Shown: positions 49,020 through 60,057 of the stretch, piece after piece
Layout of the letters: each line of letters starts with the position of its first letter
Numbering within the stretch: the first letter of the stretch is position 1
NCBI RefSeq assembly: GCF_030684315.1
Contig: NC_081379.1
Location: 42,096,381-42,160,380 of the forward strand
Length of the DNA stretch: 64,000 nucleotides
From: Stegostoma tigrinum
Taxonomy: Eukaryota
Direction of reading: 5' to 3'
Notes under the pieces: model-generated
What the model saw: the letters and a program-made list of their open reading frames with translations, nothing else
Database searches by the model: none
What the model was told of the DNA's origin: nothing
Translations under genes and position numbers: made by a program

Positions 49020-49270
49020 ATTCCCAGGTCCACTGCCCCTTGACATTCAATGGTGTTACCATCACTGAATCTCCCACAATCAACATCCTGGTAGTTACCA
49101 TTGACCAGAAACTCAACTTGACTCACCATGTAAATACAGTGGTTAAACGTGCAAGTCTGAGGCTAGGAATACTGCAGTAAATAACCCAGCTCCTGCCTCC
49201 CCAAAGCCTGTCCATCGTCGACAAGGCACAAGTCAGGAGTGTGATGGATTACTCACCAGTTGTCTGGACG
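49020..49270 (+). mobile_element. LINE RT C-terminal fragment (family undetermined)
   Basis: PLTFNGVTITESPTINILVVTIDQKLNLTHHV..YKAQVRSVMDYSP-like translation. Confidence 0.6.
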
Positions 49271-50025
49271 ATTGTCTGGATTTATGGAACAACTCTCATG
49301 CTCCCTTCAGGTGAAGCTGCAGAGCATATTCCTATTGATAAATGATTGCTCTGTTCTTCATAGTAAAACTAATTTATTTAATATTATCATTATTGTGGAA
49401 TTCTCTTTTTTCAAATTGTGGGGTTTAGTTATTATTTTACGGGTGCAAGTGCTCGTGAAAGTCAGAATTGATTGCCATTCTTAATTATGTTTGAGAAGGT
49501 GGTGGTCAACAGTTGCAGTGTGGGTAGTTCCATGGTGCTGTAAGGGAGGCAATCCTAGGCATGCAACAGAACCAACAGTGAAGGATTGGTAACATGTTTG
49601 AAAAAAAGGTGTGGTAACAGACTTGGACAAGAATTTGCATCTAATAAAAATAATAGCACCTTGTTAATTTTGGAGCAAAAATAGGTACTTTCATGAAAAA
49701 ATTCACACGGAGTACATTTTGTAGACTTCATACCAAACAACAGCAAAGTTGACAGAATAGTCTGTGCACCTGAAGGTTGAAATTTGAATGTGTTTGTTAT
49801 CTAGTATTTTAAATCAACACGAGATACAAGGTATTAGCAAATATTTCAAGCAGCCTTTATTACAGTAGTAGAGAGACAAACTCAAAAGGGGGATAAGTGT
49901 TTTATATACCTTTTATTCATATTAGACCTTGTGCTGTCCGCAAAGCATATCATGTTACACTCAGTCACATTTTCATTCAATTACCAATTTAAATGTAAAG
50001 CATTGGCCTTGACCAATAAGATCTT

Positions 50026-51514
50026 TAAGGTTCTTGAGTAGATCTGCAGCTTGGGTTGTGGATGCTGTGGTTGGTTTGCTCGTCAAAATGGTTCATTGCT
50101 TGGTAGACATTTCATTACCCGCCTGGGTAGCATAATCAGTGCAGCCTCTGATGAAGCACCGTTGGTGTTTTCCTGCCTGGTATTTAAAACTCTGGGGTCC
50201 ACTGGATTTGATTACCTCATTTCTGGTTTTCCTTCACAGGTGGTGTACAGGTATGGTCTTGTTCTATGTGTTTGTTGATGGCCTTCTTTGTGGAGAACTA
50301 GGCCTCTAGTAATTTCCGTACTTGTTTCCAGTTGGCCTATCCTAGGATCCTGGTGTTGTCCCAAGCGAACTGGTGGTTCCCCTAATCCGTGTGAATGGAG
50401 ATCGGTGACCCCACAGCTGTCCCAATACTCACTTATCTCCAGATTAATAGCAGAAGCGGTGATGCAGAGACTCGAAAGCCTTGCCCTCCTACAAATCCAA
50501 CCCAAACTACGGATCTGATATATGTGGATGACAATTCCATCATCAAACACGCCAAACCAGAGGAGACATACCAACTAGTGAACAACGCTCTCACCGGCAT
50601 CAAATTCACCAGGGAAGAGGGAGGGAAAAAAAAACGAACAGCTCCCATTCCTGGATATCATGGCAGAATGCAGGGCCAACAGGGATGAAGGTGTACAGAA
50701 AAGCCACACACACTGATCAAGTGCTGAATTTCAACAGTGACCACTCCCACACCCACAAACGAAGTGAAAACACTATTTAAACAAACGACAACACACTGTA
50801 GCAACCCACAACTACACCAAAAAAGAAGAGGGGTACCTCCACCAAGTATTTAAGGACAATGGATACCCGAACACCCGGACCCGACGATGCCTATCACACA
50901 AACAACAGGAAGATACTGCACGCCCTAACACACTCGTCACACTACCATACAATCAAGAACATATCTGAACTGACCACAAGACTCCTACGATCATTGGGCA
51001 GAGTAGCACACAAAGCCACATCAATCCTACGCCAATGACGAACTTGCAAAGACCCCTTGCCCACTATGGATGGAACCAACGTAATATACAAAATTCCATG
51101 CAAGGACTGCGACAAACATTACATTAGACAGCCAGGAAGAAAATTGGCCACAAGGAGTACATGAACACCAACGAGCAACAAAAAAAAACAACTAATACTC
51201 ACTTATCTCAATTCACATGGATAAGGAGAACCATCAGTTCAATTGGGACAAATGGAGACAAGCACCAGAATTCCTAGAGGCCTGGTTCTACACCAAGAAA
51301 GCCATCAACAAACACAGAACTAGACCCTATACATGCACCACAGTGAAGGAAAACCAGAAATGAGGTAATCAAATCCAACTGACTCTCCAGAGTTTAAATA
51401 CCAGGCAGGGAAACACAACAGTGTTTATCGGAGGCTGCACTGATGATGTTACCCAGCAGACTAATGACAAGCCTGTGAACTAACGAACCAGCTTGGCAAG
51501 AGAACCAATCACAG
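50026..51514 (+). mobile_element. Penelope element: inverted 5' pLTR (50026-50410), then RT C-terminus, GIY-YIG endonuclease and pLTR; 12-bp TSD
   Basis: LIAEAVMQRLE..YVDD, GIKFTREE, VYRKATHTDQVLNF, NVIYKIPCKDCDKHYI; TSD CAATAAGATCTT at 50014 and 51515. Confidence 0.92.
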
Positions 51515-52509
51515 CAATAAGATCTTGTCCATGGATACTGGATATATCTATGATTCACAGCATAACATCTGCCATCTGAAGATTGTTTATTGTTCTGGCC
51601 ATCAAAGGCATATTTGTTCTTCAAGTAGTCAACATGTAACGTTTTACAAATTTGAGTAAATTCCAATATTGATGGGTTACAATGTATACATTTTGTAACC
51701 ATTGATTGGCATAACTCCTCAAAGATGTAGCAAAGACCTGAGCTGTGCAGATTGAGAAGCATTCCTGGCCTTAACCTCAACCTTAAAAAAAGTTCGAGAA
51801 ATAGAATTTGTCTGTTATGAGGCAGAAAAAATTAAGTAGGATTGCCATTGAGAGATCCTGCCGTAAAAGTGAATGTTCATCTGACACTTCAGCTTAGTCA
51901 ATGATTCTTGTAAAATTAATCTTATATTCCTGTTCCTTTTGCTGAATCTCAAGTTATGTTGGTATATGTAAATACACAAAACTGTGCAGCTTATTCACAT
52001 CTAGTCCAGGTGTTAAAGTGCAAAATAAAAACCACAGGAGTAAGCTTCTTGATTTTTAAAAAAATCAGCTTATTTCACTTCTGAATAAAATGCATGTTAA
52101 CTCCCATTTAATATTTATACTTGTCCTGGGAAGTATAAAGAATATATCCACAGTTGATCAAATATTCTTCACTAAATGCTCCTGTCTGGAACATGAGAAA
52201 ACTGTAGAATTACTTTGTACAAAACATTGCTGCTGACGGTTGAAATAGTTTTTGATGCTGGATTGTGTTTAGATCCCAGTAACTGATTTGAGTCTTTCTT
52301 TAAGGAAGTCCTTAGGATTATTAAATGTATGTATTTGGAGGCCATTTATGATGATGTGATCTGTGTGATTTGTTTTAAAAGTGGTTTATGCACTACATCT
52401 ATTTTCATCCTGTAACTCGAAATAGAAATTTCTAAAAGCTTGATAGTGATTATTCTTGTATCACTAGGATCTATGGATTTTCATCTGTAATGTCTATATA
52501 CTAGCATAT

Positions 52510-52660
52510 ACAGAGATTGATAAATTCTTGATCTCACAAGGAATTAAGGGCTACGAGGAGACTGCAGGGAAGCAGAGTTGAAATGCCCATCAGCCATGAT
52601 TAAATGGCGGAGTGGACTCAATGGGCTGAATGGCCTTACTTCCACTCCTATGTCTTATGA
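52510..52660 (+). mobile_element. CR1 3' tail inside an inverted repeat
   Basis: Reverse complement of 25233-25380 (gcagagattgataaattcttgatctcacaagg..gtcttatga). Confidence 0.85.
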
Positions 52661-53362
52661 TTATGCTCACTTTTAATAAGAAAACATGGTAGTGTATAGA
52701 CGTTACAGATAAAAATCCATAGATCCTAGTGATACAAGAAATGTCACATTTTCTGTCTAATCTCACCTTACCACCTTGCCCTACAAATCTCTCGTGTTTT
52801 TTCAATACTCCCCAGGCACTGCTAACAGTTCATCATGACAAGTACTGTCAGCTCAGATGGAATGTTTAATGAGGCCAGTCTAGTAAAGTTTGCGCAGATA
52901 AGCAAATGTATTCCACTAACTGGATACGATGTGTACTGTGATTTCATTCTGCTGTGTTTTAACATGCTATAACTATCATATTTCACACAAGGTAGGTCTT
53001 TCAAGTGTATGGTATAATCCAGCACCTCAGATTACTGTCTTAATATTTGCATGCCGAGTCAGAAATGTGAATATTAAAACAGATGAACTTGCTTGTAAGT
53101 GCCAACAGTTAAAGAACAAAAGACTATTTGACTCATTAAAATCACTCTAATAAGAGTCTTATTTATGACCGTTATATTATTGAATCCTCTACCCATTTCC
53201 ATCAGCCCCAACTTTTATTTTATGAATCAACCGTAATGGTCCCTTAAGGAGACGCTGCAGAACATATTCCTATTGATAAATGATGGATCTGTTCTTTGTG
53301 GAAAAACTATGTTGTTTAATATTATCATTATTTGGAATATCCTAGTTTGCAACAATACCCTC

Positions 53363-53515
53363 TCAAAGGTGAAGAATATCGGACAGCACCTCTCCACATC
53401 GAGCACTGATTTTCAGACTGGCCAGTGCATCTGCTCTGGTAACTCCAATATTCAGCAGTGCAATTGGTATCTTCATTTCATATGCTGCAATAACGAACCT
53501 ATATCCAGAATACAC
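53363..53515 (-). CDS. SIRT4: SIRT4 terminal coding exon (153 bp including TGA)
   Basis: aatag|GTG TAT TCT GGA TAT AGG TTC; [50 protein letters not shown]. Confidence 0.96.
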   Translation of the reverse strand: MYSGYRFVIAAYEMKIPIALLNIGVTRADALASLKISARCGEVLSDILHL

Positions 53516-56117
53516 CTATTTATGGAGAACAAAAAGAATCAGCAATATTAGTTTATAAATCAGTCCATGAATGTGAAAAGTGGTTCTGAGTTTCACCTAA
53601 AACACAGAGATTCAACCTGTTCCCTTTTGGAATTTATTACTGTTTTGACTTCCACCACTCTTGGCAACGATAAATAATCATAACAACTCTATGTTTAAAA
53701 TTAAAAGTGCTCATCTCTGCTTTGGATCATCTGCAAATTGCCTTAAATCTGTAAGTCCCTCATTCTAGTTTACCTTTGAGTAAATCTCTTCTGCACTTTC
53801 TCCAAGGCCTTGACATTGTTCCTGAAATACGGTGTCCAGAATTGGTATAATAATTCAACTGATGCTTAAGCAGCAATTGTTAATGGTTTAGCATAACAAT
53901 TGCATTTCTTGCTTATAGGTAAGACTGCATCATTACCAGCAGAGTACAGTTTTCCAGGTCAGTGTCCATTTTATACAATTTTTACTTTTGCACAGAACGG
54001 GCCCTTCGGCCCACGATGTTGTGCCAAACATGAACCAAATAGAATTAATCCCTTCCACCTGCCATTGGTCCATGTGTCTCTATTTCTTGCATATTCATGC
54101 ATTTATATAAAAGTCCCTTAAATGCCCCTACTGTACCTATCTCCACCACCACCACCCCTGGCAGTGTGTTCCAGACTCCTAACACTAAAAATAAACTTGT
54201 CCCTCATCCCCTTTGCGCTTTCATCCTCGGTTTGTTCTTAAATTGGTGGGACTTTGTAGTTTGTGCTTGTGTGTCACAAGACAGAGAGCCCAAAACATCA
54301 AGTGGATACAATGTGTACTGTGATTTCATTCTGCTGCATTTTAACTTGCTATAACTATCATATTTCACCTGAGGTAGGTCTTTTAAGTGTACGGAATAAA
54401 TGTCTCAGAAAGTACTTAGCCATAGTGAAAGAGGAGCTGATAAGTGTGTAAAGAGGACTGAGGTGGATAATTGGGTGTTAGGGAGGAACAGCTGATTATT
54501 CTGCATGACAGACCGGGAATACAAGAATACAAGATACAAACACATGATTACTTTGTTTGAGAGAGAGTCTGATTACTATATTTGTCAGGGTGCAGGGCAG
54601 AGGATGGCAGAAGAACTGTTAGCTGCATATGTGGGTGGGATGATTACTGTGTTTGTCAGTGAATGAGACTAATTACTGAAAGAGGTGGTGGGGACAATGG
54701 AGTAGCTGATTACTAGGAGAAAGAGAGATGAGAGGCGATTATTACAGTGTGTTGTGGGATAGGAGCTTCACAGTCTTCTGTCAATGGGGAATATACAGAG
54801 CTTGGTTGAAATCCACAAAAGAACATGAAGTGTTAATATTTTACAAAATAGTACAGTAAAACATTCCATATTTACATGATATAATCATTCATTCTATGTT
54901 GATCTATGGTATATGAACTGAATGTTACAATTGATTATTGCTATTTTCTGGGGTCATGTTAATTTTAAAGAAAATAACTAGCTTTTATCATCTGCCACAG
55001 AATTAGATGGTGAGAAGTATGCACATTTTAAGAAAAAAAGTCATTAATTGATAGTTAATCCCCCACAATAGAATTTTGTTTTATTCGGTTTTCATTGATA
55101 TTCAGGCGAATGTTTCATATTATGTGAAACAATTTTGGAAGGATGGGAATGGATACAAGTATGGGGACTGATTTGATAATCCTGGGGGAGCAGCAATCTC
55201 ATTGAAAGGCACAGTGCAGTCTTAACACTCACAGTGCCCAGAATCCATTACAATAAGCAACATGGAAAACAGGTAACTTATTTTATAATGGGAGTCGATA
55301 GGACATGTTTGAACCATCTGACATTTTGAAAGTAAAGCACAACGTGCAAGAAAAAACCCAATGAAATATTTTGAAATCTCATCAATTGTTTCCAGTGGCT
55401 GGGGAATGCAAATATAAAAAGAGTGTATTTTCAAACCAAGGGCTGATCAATTAAGTCCGAGTGAGGTTACTCCCCTCTCAGGAATGCCTCATACCAGAGA
55501 ACTGTAACTCCTGTAGCATTCAATATATTTATTAAAGTTTGGATAGATGAATTTTTTAGCTCTCAAGGAATTAAGGGATATGGGGAATGGACAAGAGCTA
55601 AAGCCTGATATTGTACTAAATGTTGGAGCAGCCTCAATAGGCTGCACGGTCATCTACTCTTTTATTTATTGTGTCTGTGTCATGATCTCACATCAATCGG
55701 TGAGTTACAGAAAGATTGAAGTTAGACAATAGAAAAGGGGGGAGCCTGAACGTATAGTTTCTTTAACTTACATGGGCAACGTGAGTCTTGAACCAGCACA
55801 AAACATTGAGGGGAAATGTGACTTCATTTTACCAGATTACCCTGATATTGACAATTACAAACCCAACTGCAAGAATGTTAGAATTATTCTTCCATTAATT
55901 TGCATTATCTGAAGTTGTACTTACTAACATACTAAGATTTCTAATTAGTTAACAAAGAAGTAGCTCTTTAAGCCTGTGAAATTCAGACAAGGCAAACCAA
56001 AGAACTTTAAGAAATGTGTGACTGAGCTTATCCTGGTTTCCAGGCCACACTGTCATAGCAAAGTGATCATAATTTGAGCTTCCCTATTGGAAAATCATCA
56101 ATAACCTATTCACTCAC

Positions 56118-56912
56118 CTGCAAAGAAGAACCAGCCACCAGAATAGCATCAGATTCAGCCACACGCTCGTAGACAAAATTCACTTTCTCCTTATTCACTG
56201 TGTCTCCGAAAAAGGTGACATCAGGTTTCAGGATACCACCACAACTCTCACAAGAAGGAACAATAAAATTTTTAACTTGATCATCAGTCAAGAAAACATC
56301 TCCATCCGGAGCTATTCCGTGTGCTTCTTCAGTCCAGCCAGGATTCAGAGCTGCAAATGTTTCTTGGAGATGACGCCTAGGTGTTACATCTCCGCACCCA
56401 AGACAGATCACTCTGTGAGAACAGCCATGAAGCTCAGTCACATGCTGGCTTCCTGCTTTTGCATGTAAAGCATCCACATTTTGAGTCACCAGCCAGTGAA
56501 GCTTCCCAAGTTTCTCCCATTTACTCAAAACATTGTGCGCCACATTTGGCTGACGAGAACAAAACTGTGGCCAACCAACATAATTCCGTGCCCAGTACCT
56601 CTGCCTGCCCTTAACACTGCGGATGAACTCGGAGTGCTGAATGGGACGCCTTTCTGTCCTTGCATAGAGCCCCACACCTTCTGAACGATAATCTGGAATA
56701 CCAGACTCTGTTGATACCCCTGCTCCAGTCAGCACAAATAGTTTCTTGGACTGAAGCACAAAATCCTGAAGTTCCTTCAACTCGATTGAATCCAAAGGCG
56801 TGCTTGAAGGAACAAATGCTAAATTGGAAGTGGTGACTGAACTGTAGTTCCTGCAGGTCCATTTCAGAAACAGGCATTTCTTAGCAACTGCAAATACAGA
56901 CATCAGCCGCAT
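56118..56912 (-). CDS. SIRT4: SIRT4 (mitochondrial NAD-dependent deacylase/lipoamidase), first coding exon, 265 codons
   Basis: tttctag|ATG; motifs [46 protein letters not shown], CxxC...APDGDV...[17 protein letters not shown], GSSLQ|gtgagt. Confidence 0.97.
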
Positions 56913-57009
56913 CTAGAAATAAACATAATCAGCTATAATAATAATAAAAGAACATACTTCAGGAAAGCAATTTAGAAACATCCTGATAAAATAGACATAG
57001 CAAATACTG

Positions 57010-58655
57010 AGGTTATTGACTTGCTCACCGAGCTGGCTAGTTGCAGTTCAGACATTTCATCACCATGCTAGGTAACATCATCAGTGCGGTCTCCGATGAA
57101 GCGATGTTATTCTCCTCCACTTGGTATTTATATGATCTGGTCTGTTAAGTTGGGTTGTCTCATTTTCAGTTCTGCTCTGCACGGGTTTGTATATGAGATC
57201 TAATTCTACATGTTTGTTGATTGCATTGCGGGTTGAAAACCAGGCCTCTAGGAATTCCTGTCCGTGTCTGTGGTCGGCTTAAGCCAAGATGGTCACATTG
57301 TCCCAGTTAAGTTGATGGTCTTCATTGTTCAAGTGCACTGAGATGAGGGAAATTTTGTTGCGTCATTTTGCTACTAGCCAGTGTTCGTGTATCCTGATGG
57401 CTAGTTCCTTCCAGTCTGGCCGATGTAATATTTGTTGCAGTCAGTGCAAAGGTATTTTGTAAACTATATTGGTCCTGCATGTCATGGGTATGGGGTTTTT
57501 GGTCCTTGTGATTGTTTATCACAATGTGGTTGTGGGTTTGTGTGCTACCATGATTCCTAGTGGTCATAGGAGCCTCGTTGTCAGTCTGACATGTTCTTGG
57601 CATAGGGTAGTGTGGCCAGTGCATTGGGGCATACTGTGTTCTCTTGGCATTGTCTATGTAGTAGGCACCTGTGGAGGAACTTGTCAGGATACTGCTTGTT
57701 AGCAAAGATCTTGTATAGGTGCTCTTCCTCCTTCCTGTGTAGTTCTAGTGTGTTGTGACCCATTTGAAGAGTCCTAAGTGAGTTTTGTTTGTGGATGTTG
57801 GGGTGATTACTGTGGAAAATTGAGGATTTGGTCTGTGTGAGTTGCCTTCCTATATACTGTGGTTTGGAACTCCCCACTAGTTATTTGTTCTACCCTGATG
57901 TGTAGAAACAGAAGTTGATTGTTGTCTTCCTCTTCTCTTGTAAATTTGATCCCAGTGAAAACATTGTCAATGAGATGGTGTGTCTCTTTCGACTTGTGTA
58001 ATGATGACAAACATGTCATCCATGTATTGGATCCACAGTTTTGGCTGTATAAGGGGGGGGATAGTGTGCTCCAGTCTTTGCATGACTGCCTCTGCAATAA
58101 GTCCTGAGACGAGTGACCCCAGAGGTGTGCCATTGATTTGTTTGTATGTTTGGCCATTAAAGATGAAGTGTGTGGTGAGGCATAGGTCCAGCAGTCAGAG
58201 CATGTTGTCCTTGCTGATGGAGCTGTTTGGAGTTGGTGTTTCTGTTGCGTCCAGTAATGTGGCAAGTGTTTCTTTGGCTAGTGGTACATCAATAGACATG
58301 AATAGTGCTGTGATGTCAAAGGATGCCATAATCTCATCATTGTTTTTAATGTTCTTGAGGTTTTTAAGGAATTCTTGGATTGAGTAGATGGAATGGGGTG
58401 ATCCATTGACTAGATGTTTCCGTTTCTGTCGTAAGTCCTTGGCTAGTTTGTGCGTAGGTGTGCCTAGTAGAGAGACTATGGATCTGAGGGGAATGTCTGG
58501 TTTGTGTACTTTGGATAGTCCCAAATACCAATCAGTATAGACAACATTGCTTCAGAGGCCACACTGACGGTCTAACGTGGTGACAAAACATCTGTACGGT
58601 AACTAGCCAGCTCGGCAAGCAGGTCAACAACCTCATCCACAACTCAAGCTACAAA
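57010..58655 (-). mobile_element. Penelope element in the SIRT4 5' intron, with inverted partial pLTR at 58525-58655
   Basis: GLSKVHKPDIPLRSIVS, MASFDITALF, GIKFTREEEDNNQLLFL, VYRKATHTDQILNF; pLTR with hammerhead core at 57048-57087 (CUGAUGA..GAAA). Confidence 0.92.
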
Positions 58656-58806
58656 TCTTAAATAGCAAGGACTACCCGTATCTATTCCTGAAAGAGGATA
58701 TTCTCTGCAGGCAGGGATCCACACAAACTTTAGGTGCGATCACCTTATACTTCTGTGGTTGCTCACTTATAACATCACCGTTCAAATTTCAATTCTTTAA
58801 CCTTAC

Positions 58807-59160
58807 CTGGTCTGGAAGGGTGAAGATTTGTTTATGGATTATAGGCAGAACGAGAAAGCACATTTGACAAAGAGTACGAATTTCTTCTTGGAATCAAGAA
58901 GTAGCAAGTTTGATTCAGCACCTATTTTACTTCCTAAATTGAGTGTCACAGAACCTGACAGTTACCGCTCGGACCGTGCCTTGCAATCTTACCTTATCCA
59001 GCTGGGTTCCACAAGCTGGCAGGACAAACCCAGTGTTACAAAAACAATGTTATGAAAGCAATTTTACGAGCGGCTGTGGGCTGCTGCTATTGGTCAAACA
59101 GTTCCGATTACGTAAACAGGATGACACGTGATTTAGGCGCAAGGTTTGATCATTGAAGAA
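58807..59160 (-). promoter_or_regulatory. Probable SIRT4 promoter and non-coding first exon
   Basis: Local CpG enrichment; CCAAT (ATTGG on + at 59089), TTACGTAA 59108-59115, CACGTG 59125-59130; minus-strand donors AAG|gtaaga (58993) and CAG|gtaagg (58807). Confidence 0.55.
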
Positions 59161-59174
59161 TCTTACTGCACATG

Positions 59175-59590
59175 CTGAGATAACAAGGTGTGGAGCTGGA
59201 TGAACACAGCAGGAAGGCTGACGTTTCGGGTTTGGACCCTTCTTCGGAAATGGGGGAGGGGAGGGGGAGGGGAGGGGGAGGGGAGGGGGAGGGGAAAGCG
59301 GATGAAGGAGCAGACAGACAGATCAAAGAGGCGGGGATGGAGCCAGTAAAGGTGAGGAGACATCAGTGCAGGGAGGATGGACAGGTCAAGGAGGCAGGAT
59401 GAGGCTGGTAGGTAGGAGTGGGTAGGTGGGAGGAAGGACGGACAGACAGTTTAGGGAAGCGGTGACGAGCTGGGCTGGTTTTGGGATGCGGTCGGGGGGA
59501 GGAGATTTTGAAGCTCCACGTTGATACCATTGGCCTGCAGGGTTCCCAAGCGAAGGACAAGGTGTTGTTCCTGCAACCTTCGGGTGGCTA
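59175..59590 (-). mobile_element. PLE (Neptune-like) 3' fragment: GIY-YIG C-terminus, CT-rich spacer and hammerhead-like arm
   Basis: Minus strand ATRRLQEQHLVLRLGTLQANGINVEL at 59510-59590; CCGAAGA-A-GGGUC..ACCC-GAAA-CGUC at ~59218-59246. Confidence 0.8.
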
Positions 59591-59831
59591 ACTCTGAGAA
59601 ACAGCGCAGTCGTATCTAATCCGGTATTCTTGATAAACAAGAGCCCGAATAACGTTCAATTATTTGCTCCGACAGTAGGGGCCGAGAAGAGAAACAGTTT
59701 CAGGTTAACGTCCTTTTGTTATCGTTGGAAATGCTGGGACATTTTAGACGTTTTCAACGAGTACGGAGGATTATAAGAGGTCTACGATGGGGTGGGATTC
59801 AGGAGAGATTAAGTAACAAACGAATGATCAT

Positions 59832-60057
59832 AGATAACACTGTGCAGCTGGATGAACACAGCAGGCCAAGCAGCATCTTAGGAGCACAAGCTGACGTTTC
59901 GGGCCTAGACCCTTCATCAGAGTGTTTTCCGATGAAGGGTCGAGGCCCAAAACGTCAGCTTTTGTGCTCCTGAGATGCTGCTTGGCCTGCTGTGTTCGTC
60001 CAGCTCCGCACTTAGTTACCTCGGATTCTCCAGCATCTGCAGTTCCCATTATCTCTG
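59832..60057. mobile_element. Complete fold-back mini-PLE with two hammerhead-like cores and 14-bp TSD
   Basis: TSD AAACGAATGATCAT at 59818-59831 and 60058-60071; ~90-bp inverted arms; minus-strand core CUGAUGA-A-GGGUCUAGGCCC-GAAA-CG-UC intact, plus-strand core mutated (CCGAUGA, AAAA). Confidence 0.88.

Noticed and set aside
51394-51780. 128-aa minus-strand ORF
   Set aside because: No recognisable domain, and the last third runs into the Penelope pLTR
51719-51781. Minus-strand mini-exon VEVKARNASQSAQLRSLLHL* ending like SIRT4 (ILHL*)
   Set aside because: Good acceptor, but similarity is limited to about four codons and no sirtuin residues are present; likely chance without RNA evidence
52885-52900. 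TTTGCGCAG as the start of U4 snRNA (RNU4 genes neighbour human SIRT4)
   Set aside because: The match stops after 9 nt; no U4 body or Sm site follows
54435-54750. CRISPR-like repeat-spacer array
   Set aside because: Eukaryotic context, repeats only 9 bp and degenerate, spacers irregular, no cas genes
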